A DNA stretch of 64,000 nucleotides from Thermodesulfobacteriota bacterium (GCA_965116725.1 OZ220700.1:77897-141896), one strand, 5' to 3'. Counted from the stretch's first letter, positions 27,410-40,100 are shown. The notes: generated by a model from the sequence alone, not told the origin. A program made the numbers and translations.

Positions 27410-28012
27410 ATGGAAAGGTTTGTTATTCCCCATCAGCATGAAATCACTAAAGAGGACAGAAGAAGGCTAAACGGCCACGGTTCTTTGATTCTATGGTTCA
27501 CCGGACTTCCGAGTTCCGGAAAATCCACTCTTGCAAATGAAATCGAAAAAGAACTTATACAGCGAAACCACCGCACCTACATACTGGACGGAGACAACGT
27601 GAGGATGGGTCTTTGCAAGGATCTTGGTTTTTCCGCCGAGGACCGCGAGGAGAATATAAGGAGAATAGGAGAGGTATCGAAGCTTTTCATGGACGCGGGA
27701 GTTCTTGTCCTTTCCGCCTTTGTTTCTCCCTACCGCGCCGACCGTGACGCGATAAGGGAGCTTGTGGAGGAAGGGGAGTTCGTCGAGGTATTCGTCGATT
27801 GCTCCGTTGAGCAGTGCGAGCAGCGGGACGTAAAGGGGCTTTACAAGAAAGCAAGAGAAGGCGTTATAAAGGGATTTACGGGAATTGACGATCCGTACGA
27901 GGAGCCCTCAAATCCTGAAATCGTGGTTGATACGGAGAAACACACGATCGAGGAGTGCAAGCAGCAGATACTCGATTACTTGGTCGCGCGCGACGTGGTG
28001 AACATGGGATAA
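27410..28012 (+). CDS. cysC: Adenylyl-sulfate (APS) kinase
   Basis: P-loop GLPSSGKST and the APS kinase pattern LDGDNVRMGLCKDLGFSAEDREENIRR. Confidence 0.9.
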   Translation: MERFVIPHQHEITKEDRRRLNGHGSLILWFTGLPSSGKSTLANEIEKELIQRNHRTYILDGDNVRMGLCKDLGFSAEDREENIRRIGEVSKLFMDAGVLVLSAFVSPYRADRDAIRELVEEGEFVEVFVDCSVEQCEQRDVKGLYKKAREGVIKGFTGIDDPYEEPSNPEIVVDTEKHTIEECKQQILDYLVARDVVNMG

Positions 28013-28109
28013 GGGGAATCCGGGCGCCGTCTCTGCTTGGCCGCTTCTTTTATTCGCGGTTATAGATCATAATAATAGGATTGCGTTAAAGTTTTTCTCG
28101 GAAACACGG

Positions 28110-29405
28110 ATGTCTGCTTCAAACAATGAATCGGGGTCTTCTCCTTCAATGAGTCCTGCGGAGCTGATAAGCGGTATTGCGGAGAATTCAAGAAAAGCCT
28201 CAAGAACCCTGGCTTCCGCCTCGTCTTCCCAGAAAAACGACTTTCTTCTGCGCTTCGCGGACCTTCTGGTCGGGGAAACCGACAATCTGCTCTCGGAAAA
28301 CGCAAAGGACGTTTCCGACGCCGAGGAAAAAGGACTCTCATCTGCCCTTGTTGACCGCCTGAGGCTTAACCCCTCGAGGATAAGCTCCCTGGCCGACGGA
28401 CTGCGGGAGATAGCGGAGCTTCCCGATCCCGTGGGCAAGATATCGGCAAAGTGGGACAGGCCGAACGGGCTTTCCGTTGAGAAAAAAAGAATTCCCCTGG
28501 GCGTTATAGGGATTATCTATGAGTCAAGGCCGGGTGTTACGGCCGACGCCGCGGGACTCTGCGTTAAATCCGGCAATTCCGTAATTCTCCGCGGCGGCTC
28601 TGAAACGATAAGATCGAACCTCGCTATCTCCCGGCTCATGGCCGATTCCCTCTCCCAAAGCGGCCTTTCGCCGTATACCGCCCAGGTCGTCCCGGTTGCC
28701 GACAGGGAGGTCGTGACAGAGATGCTCAAGCTTGAGGACAAAATAGATCTCATTATTCCCAGGGGAGGGGAGGGGCTTATAAGGTTTGTCGCGGAGAACT
28801 CGAGGATCCCGGTTCTCAAGCACTACAAGGGGGTCTGCCACGTTTACGTGGACGAGCATGCGGACCTCGGGATGGCCGAGGAAATCTGCCGGAACGCGAA
28901 AGTCCAGAGACCGGGGGTGTGTAACTCAATGGAGACAATGCTTGTGCACTCCTCCGTGGCGGGTGATTTCCTGCCCTCCGCGATAGAGGGGCTTGAGGGA
29001 GAAGGAGTCGCAATAAAGGGCTGCGAGAACACCAGGAAACTTGTTCCCCACGTGGCCCCGGCACGAGAAGAGGACTGGTACGAGGAGTATCTTGACCTTG
29101 TCCTTAACGTAAGAGTCGTTTCGACGATTGACGAGGCTATAAGCCATATACAGACTTACGGCTCCATGCATACCGACGCCATAGTCACGAAAGACACTGA
29201 AAACTCTGAGAAATTCATAAAAGAAGTGGACTCCTCCGCGGTCATGGTCAATACGTCGACCAGGTTCAATGACGGTTTCCAGCTGGGTTTAGGCGCTGAA
29301 ATCGGCATAAGCACTTCAAAACTGCACGCGTTTGGCCCAATGGGGCTTGAGGAGCTGACCACCTCGAAATTCGTGGTGACGGGAACTGGTCAGGTAAGAA
29401 ACTGA
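28110..29405 (+). CDS. proA: Gamma-glutamyl phosphate reductase (glutamate-5-semialdehyde dehydrogenase)
   Basis: Full-length ProA-like sequence (VIGIIYESRPGVTADAAGLCVKSGNSVILRGGSE). Confidence 0.93.
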   Translation: MSASNNESGSSPSMSPAELISGIAENSRKASRTLASASSSQKNDFLLRFADLLVGETDNLLSENAKDVSDAEEKGLSSALVDRLRLNPSRISSLADGLREIAELPDPVGKISAKWDRPNGLSVEKKRIPLGVIGIIYESRPGVTADAAGLCVKSGNSVILRGGSETIRSNLAISRLMADSLSQSGLSPYTAQVVPVADREVVTEMLKLEDKIDLIIPRGGEGLIRFVAENSRIPVLKHYKGVCHVYVDEHADLGMAEEICRNAKVQRPGVCNSMETMLVHSSVAGDFLPSAIEGLEGEGVAIKGCENTRKLVPHVAPAREEDWYEEYLDLVLNVRVVSTIDEAISHIQTYGSMHTDAIVTKDTENSEKFIKEVDSSAVMVNTSTRFNDGFQLGLGAEIGISTSKLHAFGPMGLEELTTSKFVVTGTGQVRN

Positions 29406-29429
29406 ACCTTCTAGTGGCTCGGGGGGATT

Positions 29430-29455
29430 TTCGCGGAATTGCCCGGTTCCGCGAA
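29430..29455. promoter_or_regulatory. Perfect 9-bp inverted repeat TTCGCGGAA-n8-TTCCGCGAA about 27 nt upstream of recN
   Basis: Read directly. No U-tract follows it, so it is more likely an operator or leader hairpin than a terminator. Confidence 0.35.
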
Positions 29456-29481
29456 GCTATGGCGGGGGGCTTACAAAACAG

Positions 29482-31143
29482 ATGCTTGTTGAACTCAGGC
29501 TTAATAATTTTGCCATAATAGACGAAATTTCCATCAATTTCGGGGCAAACCTGAACATAATTACCGGAGAGACGGGCACGGGGAAATCCCTTATTGTTGA
29601 CGCCATAAACATAATCCTGGGCGACAAGTTTACGGCGGACCACGTAAAATCAACTGACAGGCAGACATCGGTAGAAGCCCTTTTCGAGGTTCCGGGCGAC
29701 TGCGGCATCGGGGAGAAACTTGAGCAGCTGGGTCTTGGGGACTCTGAAGGCGAGCTTGTCATAAAAAGGGTTTTTAACCCGGGCGGAAGGAACAGGATTT
29801 ATATAAACGGTTCGATGGCGACGCTCGGGACTCTCTCGGAAGTGACCGACGGACTTGTTAACATGTTCGGTCAGCATGAACACCAGAGTCTTCTTAAGAA
29901 AAGCAATTATCTAAGTTATTTAGACTCTTTTTCTCAACTTGAACATGAAGTCTCCGAATACAAGGCCTCTTACACGGAACTCGTGCGTGCGGAGAATGAA
30001 CTTGAGGCGCTCAGGAAAAAAGAACGGGAAGGGGCGGAAAAAGAGGATTATCTAAGATTCCAGGCTGAAGAGATAAAAAAGGTATCCCCGGCGCCGAACG
30101 AGGATTCCGAACTTGAGGCGGAGAGAGTGAGGCTTGAGAACTCAGAGAGGTTCTCATCTTCGCTCACAAGCGCGACCGGGCTTGTGTACGAGGGAGAGAG
30201 CTCGGCTGTGGGTTTTCTCAAGCAGGCCCTTTTGGATCTTGAGCGGGTTTCAGACCTTGATTCGTCTCTCGGGGAACTTCGCGACAGGATTGCGGCCGTA
30301 CTTATAGAAACCGAGGATGTCTTCTACGGTCTGAATGAATTCGCAGGAAAGATAGAACACAATCCCCAGCGACTTGAAGAGGTGCTCTCGAGGCTTGAAG
30401 AAATAAGCAGGCTTAAGAGAAAGCACGGGGATTCGATCGAGGAAATAATAAAAAAGCAGCAGCAGATCGAATCCGAACTTGAAGGCCTTGAGAATTCGGC
30501 CGAGATGCTTGAGGAAATTGAGCGAAAAAGGGATTCCTTGAAGGAGAAGGTCTCCGTGGTTGCCTCTTCGATATCGGCCGCAAGAAAAGCAGGAGCCAGG
30601 CGGCTTCAGGATCTTTTCTCCGAGCAGGCTGAGTCGGTCGGACTTAAAAACGCCTGTTTCGAGGTGGAATTCTCGGAAAAAGATCTCTCGGGAGACGGCA
30701 AAGACAGCGTGCAGTTTCTTTTCTCCGCCAACCCGGGCCAGCCCCCCAGGCCCGTTAACAGGGTTGCTTCCGGCGGAGAACTCTCAAGAATAATGCTTCT
30801 GCTTAAAAGTTTCGTTTCCACCGGTGATGCCGGTTCGATCTTCATATTTGACGAAGTGGATGCCGGCATAGGGGGAGTTGTGGCCGAGAGCATAGGGAGG
30901 AAAATAAAGGATCTCTCGGACCAAAGCCAGGTAGTGTGCATAACGCACCTCCCTCAGGTTGCGAAGTTCGCGAACACCCATCTGCTGGTTGCGAAGGAAC
31001 TCGGCGAGAGTGAAACGGATGTCTCGGTTGATGCCCTTGGTGAAGAGGAGAGGGTAATGGAAATCGGCAGGATGCTTGCCGGAAAAAGTGTGTCAGAAAA
31101 AACCTTTGAAGTTGCCCGCGAACTGATAAAGGGAGCTAGCTGA
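29482..31143 (+). CDS. recN: DNA repair protein RecN
   Basis: N-terminal Walker [13 protein letters not shown] and the SMC-like RecN architecture. It is 553 aa. Confidence 0.93.
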   Translation: MLVELRLNNFAIIDEISINFGANLNIITGETGTGKSLIVDAINIILGDKFTADHVKSTDRQTSVEALFEVPGDCGIGEKLEQLGLGDSEGELVIKRVFNPGGRNRIYINGSMATLGTLSEVTDGLVNMFGQHEHQSLLKKSNYLSYLDSFSQLEHEVSEYKASYTELVRAENELEALRKKEREGAEKEDYLRFQAEEIKKVSPAPNEDSELEAERVRLENSERFSSSLTSATGLVYEGESSAVGFLKQALLDLERVSDLDSSLGELRDRIAAVLIETEDVFYGLNEFAGKIEHNPQRLEEVLSRLEEISRLKRKHGDSIEEIIKKQQQIESELEGLENSAEMLEEIERKRDSLKEKVSVVASSISAARKAGARRLQDLFSEQAESVGLKNACFEVEFSEKDLSGDGKDSVQFLFSANPGQPPRPVNRVASGGELSRIMLLLKSFVSTGDAGSIFIFDEVDAGIGGVVAESIGRKIKDLSDQSQVVCITHLPQVAKFANTHLLVAKELGESETDVSVDALGEEERVMEIGRMLAGKSVSEKTFEVARELIKGAS

Positions 31144-31699
31144 TCGTCTTTGCCTCGTAGGAGCAGAAAACCACCGCGGTGAGAACCGTTGTCCAGAGTC
31201 CGTTTTTATCTCCTACTGCACTCTGCGTTATGTTTCTGCTTTTTACCTTGTGTCCGCTTATCTCCCATATGTCTTTCTGTTCGTCGTAACTTTTATCTGG
31301 ATCAAAGGGAGCGTTAAGCGTAGTAGCGAGCATGTAGGCGGCTAGATCTTCGGCGTACTCTCCCGCAAGGGCTTCCTTCTGGCCATAGCTGTGGTGTTCC
31401 GAGATGTATCCGTGGCGCGTTTTGTCCTTCGGTATCGCGAGGCCGGTGGATGCGGCGATGAGCCTGCTGGGCTCGTTTGTGGAATTCTCACTCATTACCA
31501 CAAACGCTATCTGCCCGGGGGAGAGCATGGTGAGTCCCTGATTTCTACTTACCAGCTGGCAGCCCGGGGGGAATATGCTTGAAACCTTAACCAGGTTGAA
31601 CTGCGCGATGCCCGCATTCCTTAGAGCAAGCTCAAAGCTTGAGAGCTTTTTCTTGTGCTTGCCTACACCCTTGGTTACAAAAGCTTTTGTAGGGGTCAA
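31136..31699 (-). CDS. pdaD: Pyruvoyl-dependent arginine decarboxylase (PdaD family)
   Basis: [21 protein letters not shown] and AIPKDKT closely parallel the archaeal PdaD signature (LNAGIGNVNLIRISSIMPP ... AIPKDKS), including the SS self-cleavage site. Confidence 0.75.
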   Translation of the reverse strand: MTPTKAFVTKGVGKHKKKLSSFELALRNAGIAQFNLVKVSSIFPPGCQLVSRNQGLTMLSPGQIAFVVMSENSTNEPSRLIAASTGLAIPKDKTRHGYISEHHSYGQKEALAGEYAEDLAAYMLATTLNAPFDPDKSYDEQKDIWEISGHKVKSRNITQSAVGDKNGLWTTVLTAVVFCSYEAKTIS

Positions 31700-31771
31700 T
31701 CCACCACTCCTTATAAGCTTGCATTCAAGTTATATTTACGGGGTGAATTTGTCAAACGGGAGTAAACCGCG

Positions 31772-32608
31772 ATGAAATTCGGAGCGCATGTTTCAATAGC
31801 CGGCGGGATTGAGAATGCCCCGCTTAGGGCGAGGCAGCTCGGATGCGAATGCTTTCAGATGTTCACCCGCTCACCAAGAGGCGGCAGACCCCCGGAGCTT
31901 GAGGATCGCCTGCTCGAAGCCTTCTTTCTTAACTGCTCCGAGGCCTCCATAAGCGATTACTACGTTCACACTCCTTATTTCATAAACCTGGCTTCCGGAA
32001 AAGAGGACCTGAGGGAAAAAAGCGTGGATCTGGTAAGAGAGGAACTTGAAAGATCAAGCACCTTGGGGGTGAAATACATGATGACCCACATAGGAAGCGC
32101 AAAGGGACTGCAAAGAGACGCGGCGATAGACAACGTGGTCGACTCCATTTTGAGAATTCTCGAGGACTACGGCGGCACGACGCAGCTTCTGCTTGAGAAC
32201 ACTGCGGGGCAGGGGGATACCATAGGAGCGAGCTTCGAGGAGGTTTCTCTCATACTGCGACGCGTTGCATATGGCGATCTTGGAGTCTGCATGGATACCG
32301 CCCACATGTTTGCTTCCGGATACGATATAAGGACCCGCGAGGGCGTAGAGGAGCTGGTAGAGAGCATCGGAGCCGCGTTTGCCCCCGGAACGGTGAAACT
32401 CGTTCACGCGAACGATTCCAAGGCCGAGTTCAATTCCAGCAAGGACCGCCACGAACATATAGGAGAGGGGAAGATAGGAATCGAGTGCTTCAGCGCTATG
32501 GTCGGGAACCCGTTTTTCGAGGATCTTGACATGATAGTGGAAATGCCTCCTCCCGAGGTGTCAAAGGACGTCGAGCTTCTTAAGAAACTGAGGGACGGGA
32601 GTACGTAA
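31772..32608 (+). CDS. nfo: Endonuclease IV (AP endonuclease, xylose-isomerase-like TIM barrel)
   Basis: MKFGAHVSIAGG ... FQMFTRSPRGG ... HIGSAKG parallels E. coli Nfo. Confidence 0.88.
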   Translation: MKFGAHVSIAGGIENAPLRARQLGCECFQMFTRSPRGGRPPELEDRLLEAFFLNCSEASISDYYVHTPYFINLASGKEDLREKSVDLVREELERSSTLGVKYMMTHIGSAKGLQRDAAIDNVVDSILRILEDYGGTTQLLLENTAGQGDTIGASFEEVSLILRRVAYGDLGVCMDTAHMFASGYDIRTREGVEELVESIGAAFAPGTVKLVHANDSKAEFNSSKDRHEHIGEGKIGIECFSAMVGNPFFEDLDMIVEMPPPEVSKDVELLKKLRDGST

Positions 32609-32610
32609 TT

Positions 32611-33369
32611 TCAGGGCGAGAGCGAAAACCCGCTTTTCCCCACCTGTAAGCCGTCAACATAGATATTTTTTTCCTCGTCAATCGCGACCCTCCCGTTTGC
32701 GATCAGGTCGTGGACCACGAAGGGAAAAAGTTTCCATTCCCCCTGTTCTCTTATTTTCTCTTCCATAGCTGCCACGTCCCCTATACCGAAACCCTCAAGG
32801 GATATGTCGGCTGACTGGGCGATCACGGTTCCGAACCTTGTTTCGGGGTCGTTTTCAAGATAGACAGTGCATCTTATGGTTTTCTCCCCGTTCTCTAATG
32901 CCTGGACGCACGCGATTTTACCTCTTACGAGGTAATTCCTGGTTGTGTCCCCGGGGTAGAGGTTTAAGATCCTGTTTGCGAATCTTTCAGTGAACAGATG
33001 GCTGAGCCTTCTCCTGTATCCGGCCAGCACCACGAGATCGGGATCAAAAGCCTCTTCAATGAGGGAAATCACTGCCGAATCGTAAAGGATCCGTCCGCCT
33101 TCATCCGAAGGGGGCTTCCCAAGATCTTCGAAGAACTTCTCGGAACTTATTGAGGAGGTTTCGATTTTTAGCGCTTCCGCCTTCGCGAGAACCGGGGCCT
33201 CGGGGTCGTTTGAGAAGACATGCTCTATGGCACCGTAGTTTTTCCCGCCGTCTTGTTCAAGCTCCATCTGCCTTGAGTGTATTTTCTCGAAATTCGTTCC
33301 TCTGCCAGAGGCAAGAACGAGAATTTTCATCGGCCGGCCGGTGTCTGAGTAAAGTGACGTTATTTGCAT
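32611..33369 (-). CDS. purN: Phosphoribosylglycinamide formyltransferase-like protein (formyl transferase family) with a C-terminal extension
   Basis: KILVLASGRGTNFEKI and LVVLAGYRRRL ... NLYPG match PurN motifs. The extra roughly 45 aa at the C-terminus make the purN symbol assignment only moderately confident. Confidence 0.65.
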   Translation of the reverse strand: MQITSLYSDTGRPMKILVLASGRGTNFEKIHSRQMELEQDGGKNYGAIEHVFSNDPEAPVLAKAEALKIETSSISSEKFFEDLGKPPSDEGGRILYDSAVISLIEEAFDPDLVVLAGYRRRLSHLFTERFANRILNLYPGDTTRNYLVRGKIACVQALENGEKTIRCTVYLENDPETRFGTVIAQSADISLEGFGIGDVAAMEEKIREQGEWKLFPFVVHDLIANGRVAIDEEKNIYVDGLQVGKSGFSLSP

Positions 33370-33421
33370 TGATTGCTTTATCGTTTAATTTTTATGCGAT
33401 TTCACGTAAGTGTGACGCAGT

Positions 33422-34303
33422 ATGACAGAAAGCAGAAACCTGATCATGAGAATCGTTACTGCCGTCGTGGCCGTACCGATACTTCTTCTCATATTCTACC
33501 ACGGGGGAGTGTACTATCTGGCTTTGATGTGTCTGATTGCGGCTCTGTGCTCCATTGAGTTCTTCGCGCTTGCGGGCCCGGATATCCGGAAGTCGAGAAG
33601 AACCTATATAACGGCTATCTCCCTGCTTCTGATCATAAGCGCGTTTTTCGACTTCATGCTCATGAGCCTTTTTTTCACCTTCCTGATATTTCTCTCCATA
33701 ATTCTCGAATTCCGTAAAAAGGACTTCAGCGACTGCCTGCGAGACCTCGGCATGACCCTTCTGCCGCTTATATATTTCGGCTGGATGCTTGCCCACGGAG
33801 TGTTGCTGAGAAATATCTCGGGCGGCGAGAGTGCTTTGTATTACGGTTCATATGGTCAGGGCCCCGAAGACATCGGCTTTTTCCTCGTGGTGCTTGCGGT
33901 TTCCTGCACTTTTCTTAACGACGCGGGAGCGTATTTCTTTGGGAAAACTTTCGGGAAAAAGAAGCTGGCCAGCCATATAAGCGCAGGCAAGACCGTGGTG
34001 GGACTCATCGGGGGATTCGTTGTTTCTGTCGTAAGCGCCTTCGTGGTGAATCTTGTATTCATCAACCCCCTTCCTGCTCTATGGGTGGTTCTTTACGCGG
34101 TAATAATAGCCGCGGCCGCGGTTGCCGGTGATCTTTTCGAATCCACTATAAAAAGAGGGGCGGGAGTAAAGGATTCCGGCTCCTTGATTCCCGGACATGG
34201 CGGGGTGCTTGACAGGTTCGACAGCCTGATATTCGTCTTTCCTTGCACATATTATACTTCCCTGATTTTCTTTCGCCTGAGCGAGACAGGGACCGTCCTG
34301 TAA
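33422..34303 (+). CDS. cdsA: Phosphatidate cytidylyltransferase
   Basis: A multi-TM protein with the CdsA signature FFGKTFGKKKLASHISAGKTVVG ... GHGGVLDRFDS. Confidence 0.85.
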   Translation: MTESRNLIMRIVTAVVAVPILLLIFYHGGVYYLALMCLIAALCSIEFFALAGPDIRKSRRTYITAISLLLIISAFFDFMLMSLFFTFLIFLSIILEFRKKDFSDCLRDLGMTLLPLIYFGWMLAHGVLLRNISGGESALYYGSYGQGPEDIGFFLVVLAVSCTFLNDAGAYFFGKTFGKKKLASHISAGKTVVGLIGGFVVSVVSAFVVNLVFINPLPALWVVLYAVIIAAAAVAGDLFESTIKRGAGVKDSGSLIPGHGGVLDRFDSLIFVFPCTYYTSLIFFRLSETGTVL

Positions 34304-34309
34304 GGAGGG

Positions 34310-34750
34310 GTGAAAATGGAAATATCCATAGTGGACAGGGAGGAATTCATTGACGAACGGGGGAAGAAAAAACTGGTGCGCTTGATTGAAAGAATACTTG
34401 CGTATCTTGATCTCTCCTCCCGAAGCGAACTCTGTGTCTCGCTTGTGAGCGACGTAGACATGCGGGAACTTAACCGGCGTTACAGGCAGATTGACACAAC
34501 TACGGATGTTCTCTGCTTTCCGCAGAAAAGCGATGTAAACTCCGATCTTCTAGGCGATATAGTGATATCCTACCAGACGGCCCTCCGTCACTCCCGGAGG
34601 CTTGAGATCACGGTTGAAGAAGAACTGCGTTTGCTTATAGTCCATGCGGTTCTGCACCTGCTTGGATTCGACCACAAGAAGAAAAAGGAAAGAGAGGCAA
34701 TGCGTGAGAAAGAAAAAGAGGTGCTTAACTACCTGGCTGAGGCGGGGTAG
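34310..34750 (+). CDS. ybeY: Endoribonuclease YbeY (rRNA maturation factor)
   Basis: HAVLHLLGFDH zinc-binding motif. It is 146 aa. Confidence 0.9.
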   Translation: MKMEISIVDREEFIDERGKKKLVRLIERILAYLDLSSRSELCVSLVSDVDMRELNRRYRQIDTTTDVLCFPQKSDVNSDLLGDIVISYQTALRHSRRLEITVEEELRLLIVHAVLHLLGFDHKKKKEREAMREKEKEVLNYLAEAG

Positions 34751-34760
34751 GGCGTGTCGG

Positions 34761-35298
34761 TCATCCGGGTTCTTTCAGATCTTCCTTAATCTTCTCGATT
34801 TCCTTTACTGTAGGCAGGTCCTTCAGGCTCTTAAGGCCGAATGTCTCAAGGAAAAGATTTGTGGTTTTGTAGAGAAAAGGCTTTCCCGGAACTTCCTTTC
34901 TTCCCGCAATCTCGATGAATCTTCTATCAAGGAGCATGCTCACGCTGCTTGAGCAGTCCACCCCTCTTATTTTTTCAACCTCGATCTTCGTAACGGGTTG
35001 CTCGTAAGCCATTATGGCAAGCACTTCGAGGGAGGCTTTCGAGAGCCTGAACTTCTTTATTTCCTTGTTAAACTCGACTATGTATTGCGAATACTCGGGA
35101 CGGGTCCTGAACTGATATCCCTCGGCGACGCTGCTTAGATGAAACTTCGCCCCATCTCCTCCCAGCGCCCCTGGAGTTCGCTTAGGGCGTCGGTTATCTC
35201 TTTTTTCTCGACGTCCTTCAGAAACTCGGAGATTTCCTGAATGGTTAGGGGGTGTTTAGAAACGAATATCAAGCATTCTATTATCTTTTCAAGAGAAC
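34761..35298 (-). CDS. scpB: Segregation and condensation protein B, reading frame interrupted by an apparent single-base frameshift near 35150
   Basis: The C-terminal two-thirds (SSVAEGYQFRTRPEYSQYIVEF ... LAIMAYEQPVTKIEVEKIRGVD ... LYKTTNLFLETFGLKSL) are in one frame. The N-terminus MDDRSSLEKIIECLIFVSKHPLTIQEISEFL ... ELQGRWEEMGRSF is in another. The two frames join at a C/G homopolymer. Confidence 0.7.
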
Positions 35299-35300
35299 TT

Positions 35301-36074
35301 CTATCGTCCATTTTCCTCCCTCAGAATTATCTTTATGGGTTCTTCGAAGGTCGGCTGAAAAACATCCAGGATGCCCTCTTTCAGCAGTTCCAGTATCGAG
35401 AGGAAGGTTACCACGAGTTTCATGCGGTTTTTATCCCCTTCGAAAAGATCCTCAAAGAGAACCTCTTTTTCCCTTCTCATTATTTCGATTACCTGGTTTT
35501 TTCTTTCATCAACGGTGTAAGTCTGCGGGGCGAGGGATATTTCCCTTGTCTCGGCCTTCTCTCTGTCCTCGCATATCTTAGAGAAGGTGTCCACCAGGGA
35601 CCAGAGGTCGAATTTCACGAATTCCGTCTCTTCTTCCGGTTCTCCGAACATTTCCCTGCGGTCGTAACCCGCCAGGAAAACGTCCTTTCCGAGAATTTCC
35701 ATCCCCCCGAGTTCCGCCGCCGCGCCTCTGTACTTTTCATACTCAAGCAGGCGTCTTACGAGTTCCTCCCTGGGATCCTCTTCCTCCTCTTCGCCTTCCT
35801 CCTTTATCCTGGGAAGAAGCATGCGCGACTTTATGTACCCCAGTTCGGCCGCCATGGACATGTAGTCCCCGACGATCTCGAGGTTCACGTCCTTTAGGAA
35901 CTCAAGATATTCAAGGTACTGCTCGGTTATGAGCGCGATGGGTATGTCGTAGATGTCCACCTCGTGTTTCTTTATGAGGTGAAGCAGCAGATCAAGCGGG
36001 CCGTTGAATATCTCGAGCTGTACGCTGTAGACTGACTGAGGATCTTCCATTCCTTCGTTTCTCTCGGCAATCAC
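35301..36074 (-). CDS. scpA: Segregation and condensation protein A
   Basis: FNGPLDLLLHLIKKHEVDIYDIPIALITEQYLEYL matches the ScpA kleisin N-terminus. Confidence 0.88.
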   Translation of the reverse strand: MIAERNEGMEDPQSVYSVQLEIFNGPLDLLLHLIKKHEVDIYDIPIALITEQYLEYLEFLKDVNLEIVGDYMSMAAELGYIKSRMLLPRIKEEGEEEEEDPREELVRRLLEYEKYRGAAAELGGMEILGKDVFLAGYDRREMFGEPEEETEFVKFDLWSLVDTFSKICEDREKAETREISLAPQTYTVDERKNQVIEIMRREKEVLFEDLFEGDKNRMKLVVTFLSILELLKEGILDVFQPTFEEPIKIILREENGR

Positions 36075-36736
36075 TACGGGTTCATCGCCCGGATCACGAT
36101 CTCAAGTTCGCTCGGGCTGAAATTGCACACTTGTATAAAGATAACCACAGGAACGCGTATGAAGTAACCCAGGAATTGCCCGCCGAACAGGAAAAAGGCG
36201 AAAAGAATGAATATTCCGTAAGTTTCAAATCTTGCGTACCTGTAGGCGAGGCTGTCGGGAAGCAGCCCGTAAAGCACCCGCGAGCCGTCAAGCGGCGGAA
36301 CGGGGATCATGTTGAAAACGGCAAGCACTATCCCTATGTACATGAACCACACGAGCATCCGCACTGCAACGTCGGCCCCGCTTCCCGGGGGTATGGCCGC
36401 GAAATTCTCAAATATCGCCTTTAGAATCACAGCCGCCGCAATCGCGGTCAGAATGTTGGATATGGGGCCCGCAATCGCGACCATAAGCATGTCTTTTTTC
36501 GGGTTCCTGAAGTTCCTCGGGTCAACGGGAACCGGTTTCGCCCATCCGAAATGCACGATGAAAAGCAGCAGGGTTCCCAGGACGTCAAGGTGCACGAGGG
36601 GGTTAAGCGAGAGTCTTCCCTGTCTCTTCGCCGTGTCGTCCCCGAGCCTGTAGGCCACAAGCGCGTGGGCGTACTCATGTATGGTGAGGGAGAAAAGGAT
36701 CACGGGGACCAGTATTATGAGGAATTCGTAGTTCAT
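36074..36736 (-). CDS. Site-2 protease family zinc metalloprotease (peptidase M50)
   Basis: HEYAHA (HExxH) inside a TM helix and a polytopic membrane protein architecture. Confidence 0.8.
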   Translation of the reverse strand: MNYEFLIILVPVILFSLTIHEYAHALVAYRLGDDTAKRQGRLSLNPLVHLDVLGTLLLFIVHFGWAKPVPVDPRNFRNPKKDMLMVAIAGPISNILTAIAAAVILKAIFENFAAIPPGSGADVAVRMLVWFMYIGIVLAVFNMIPVPPLDGSRVLYGLLPDSLAYRYARFETYGIFILFAFFLFGGQFLGYFIRVPVVIFIQVCNFSPSELEIVIRAMNP

Positions 36737-36745
36737 ATCGATAGT

Positions 36746-37639
36746 TTACGCTCTTGGATGAGATTTTTCGTGTATGCGTTTAAGCCTTTCTTTTTCAACA
36801 TAAGTGTATATCTGGGTCGTGGATATGTCCGAGTGGCCTAGCATGGCCTGTATGGCCCGCAGGTCGGCCCCCCGCTCAAGCAGGTGCGTGGCGAAGGAGT
36901 GGCGGAGCACGTGGGGGGTTATGTGGGAGTGTATGCCCGCGGCGAGCGCGTAGTTCTTTATCATGCGCCAGAAGCGCTGGCGGCTCATCTTGGACCCGGT
37001 TCTGGAGGTAACGAAAAGGTACTCCGAAGTTCTTTCGCGAAGAAGTTTTGGTCTTGAGTCAGAAAGATAGTCCCTTACTTTCCTGATGGCGGCCTCGCCT
37101 ATGGGAACTATCCTCTCCTTGCTTCCTTTGCCGAGGGTGATGACGTAGCCGTGGTCAAGGTTGACGCGGTTGAGCTCAAGTGAGATCAGTTCCGATACCC
37201 TGACCCCTGTGGCGTAGAGAACCTCGAGCATCGCGCGGTCCCTGAGCGCCTCGGCGGACTTGCCTCCCTCGGGCTCCCGGAGGAGCCTCTCGACCTCTTC
37301 CAGCGAGAGAGTGTGGGGGAGGGTTTTCGCGGGCTTGGGAGAGACGGTGTTTCTTAGCGGATCCTCGGTTATGACGCTTTCTGTGAGAAGGAACCTGAAG
37401 AACTGCTTTATGGAAACTATGTTTCTCGCCACGCTTCTCGGGGAGAGCTTCTTTTTTCTCAGGTGGTCGAAAAAAGCGGCTATTTCGTCTTCGCTTACGG
37501 CGGCGGGGTCGGATATACCCCTTTTGTCCAGAAAGGCCACGAGGGATGATATGTCCCTTGAATATGACTGAATGGTGTTTTTCGAAAGGCCCCTGTTCAC
37601 CGTAAGATATACAAGGAACGAATCGAGGTGCTCATCCAT
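36746..37639 (-). CDS. Tyrosine site-specific recombinase, XerC/XerD family
   Basis: C-terminal RHSFATHLLERGADLRAIQAMLGHSDISTTQIYTYV with the catalytic Tyr. It sits next to scpAB in a chromosomal context. Confidence 0.85.
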   Translation of the reverse strand: MDEHLDSFLVYLTVNRGLSKNTIQSYSRDISSLVAFLDKRGISDPAAVSEDEIAAFFDHLRKKKLSPRSVARNIVSIKQFFRFLLTESVITEDPLRNTVSPKPAKTLPHTLSLEEVERLLREPEGGKSAEALRDRAMLEVLYATGVRVSELISLELNRVNLDHGYVITLGKGSKERIVPIGEAAIRKVRDYLSDSRPKLLRERTSEYLFVTSRTGSKMSRQRFWRMIKNYALAAGIHSHITPHVLRHSFATHLLERGADLRAIQAMLGHSDISTTQIYTYVEKERLKRIHEKSHPRA

Positions 37640-37644
37640 TAATC

Positions 37645-40100
<2,456 letters not shown>

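Noticed and set aside
35241-35897. 218-aa plus-strand ORF overlapping scpA and scpB
   Set aside because: The minus-strand frames carry clear ScpA/ScpB similarity. The plus-strand ORF is low-complexity (F/L/R-rich) antisense.
36746-37639. Tyrosine recombinase as the integrase of the defense island or another mobile element
   Set aside because: It is more than 23 kb from the island. It sits in a conserved chromosomal context (M50 peptidase, scpA/scpB) typical of XerC/XerD dimer-resolution recombinases.
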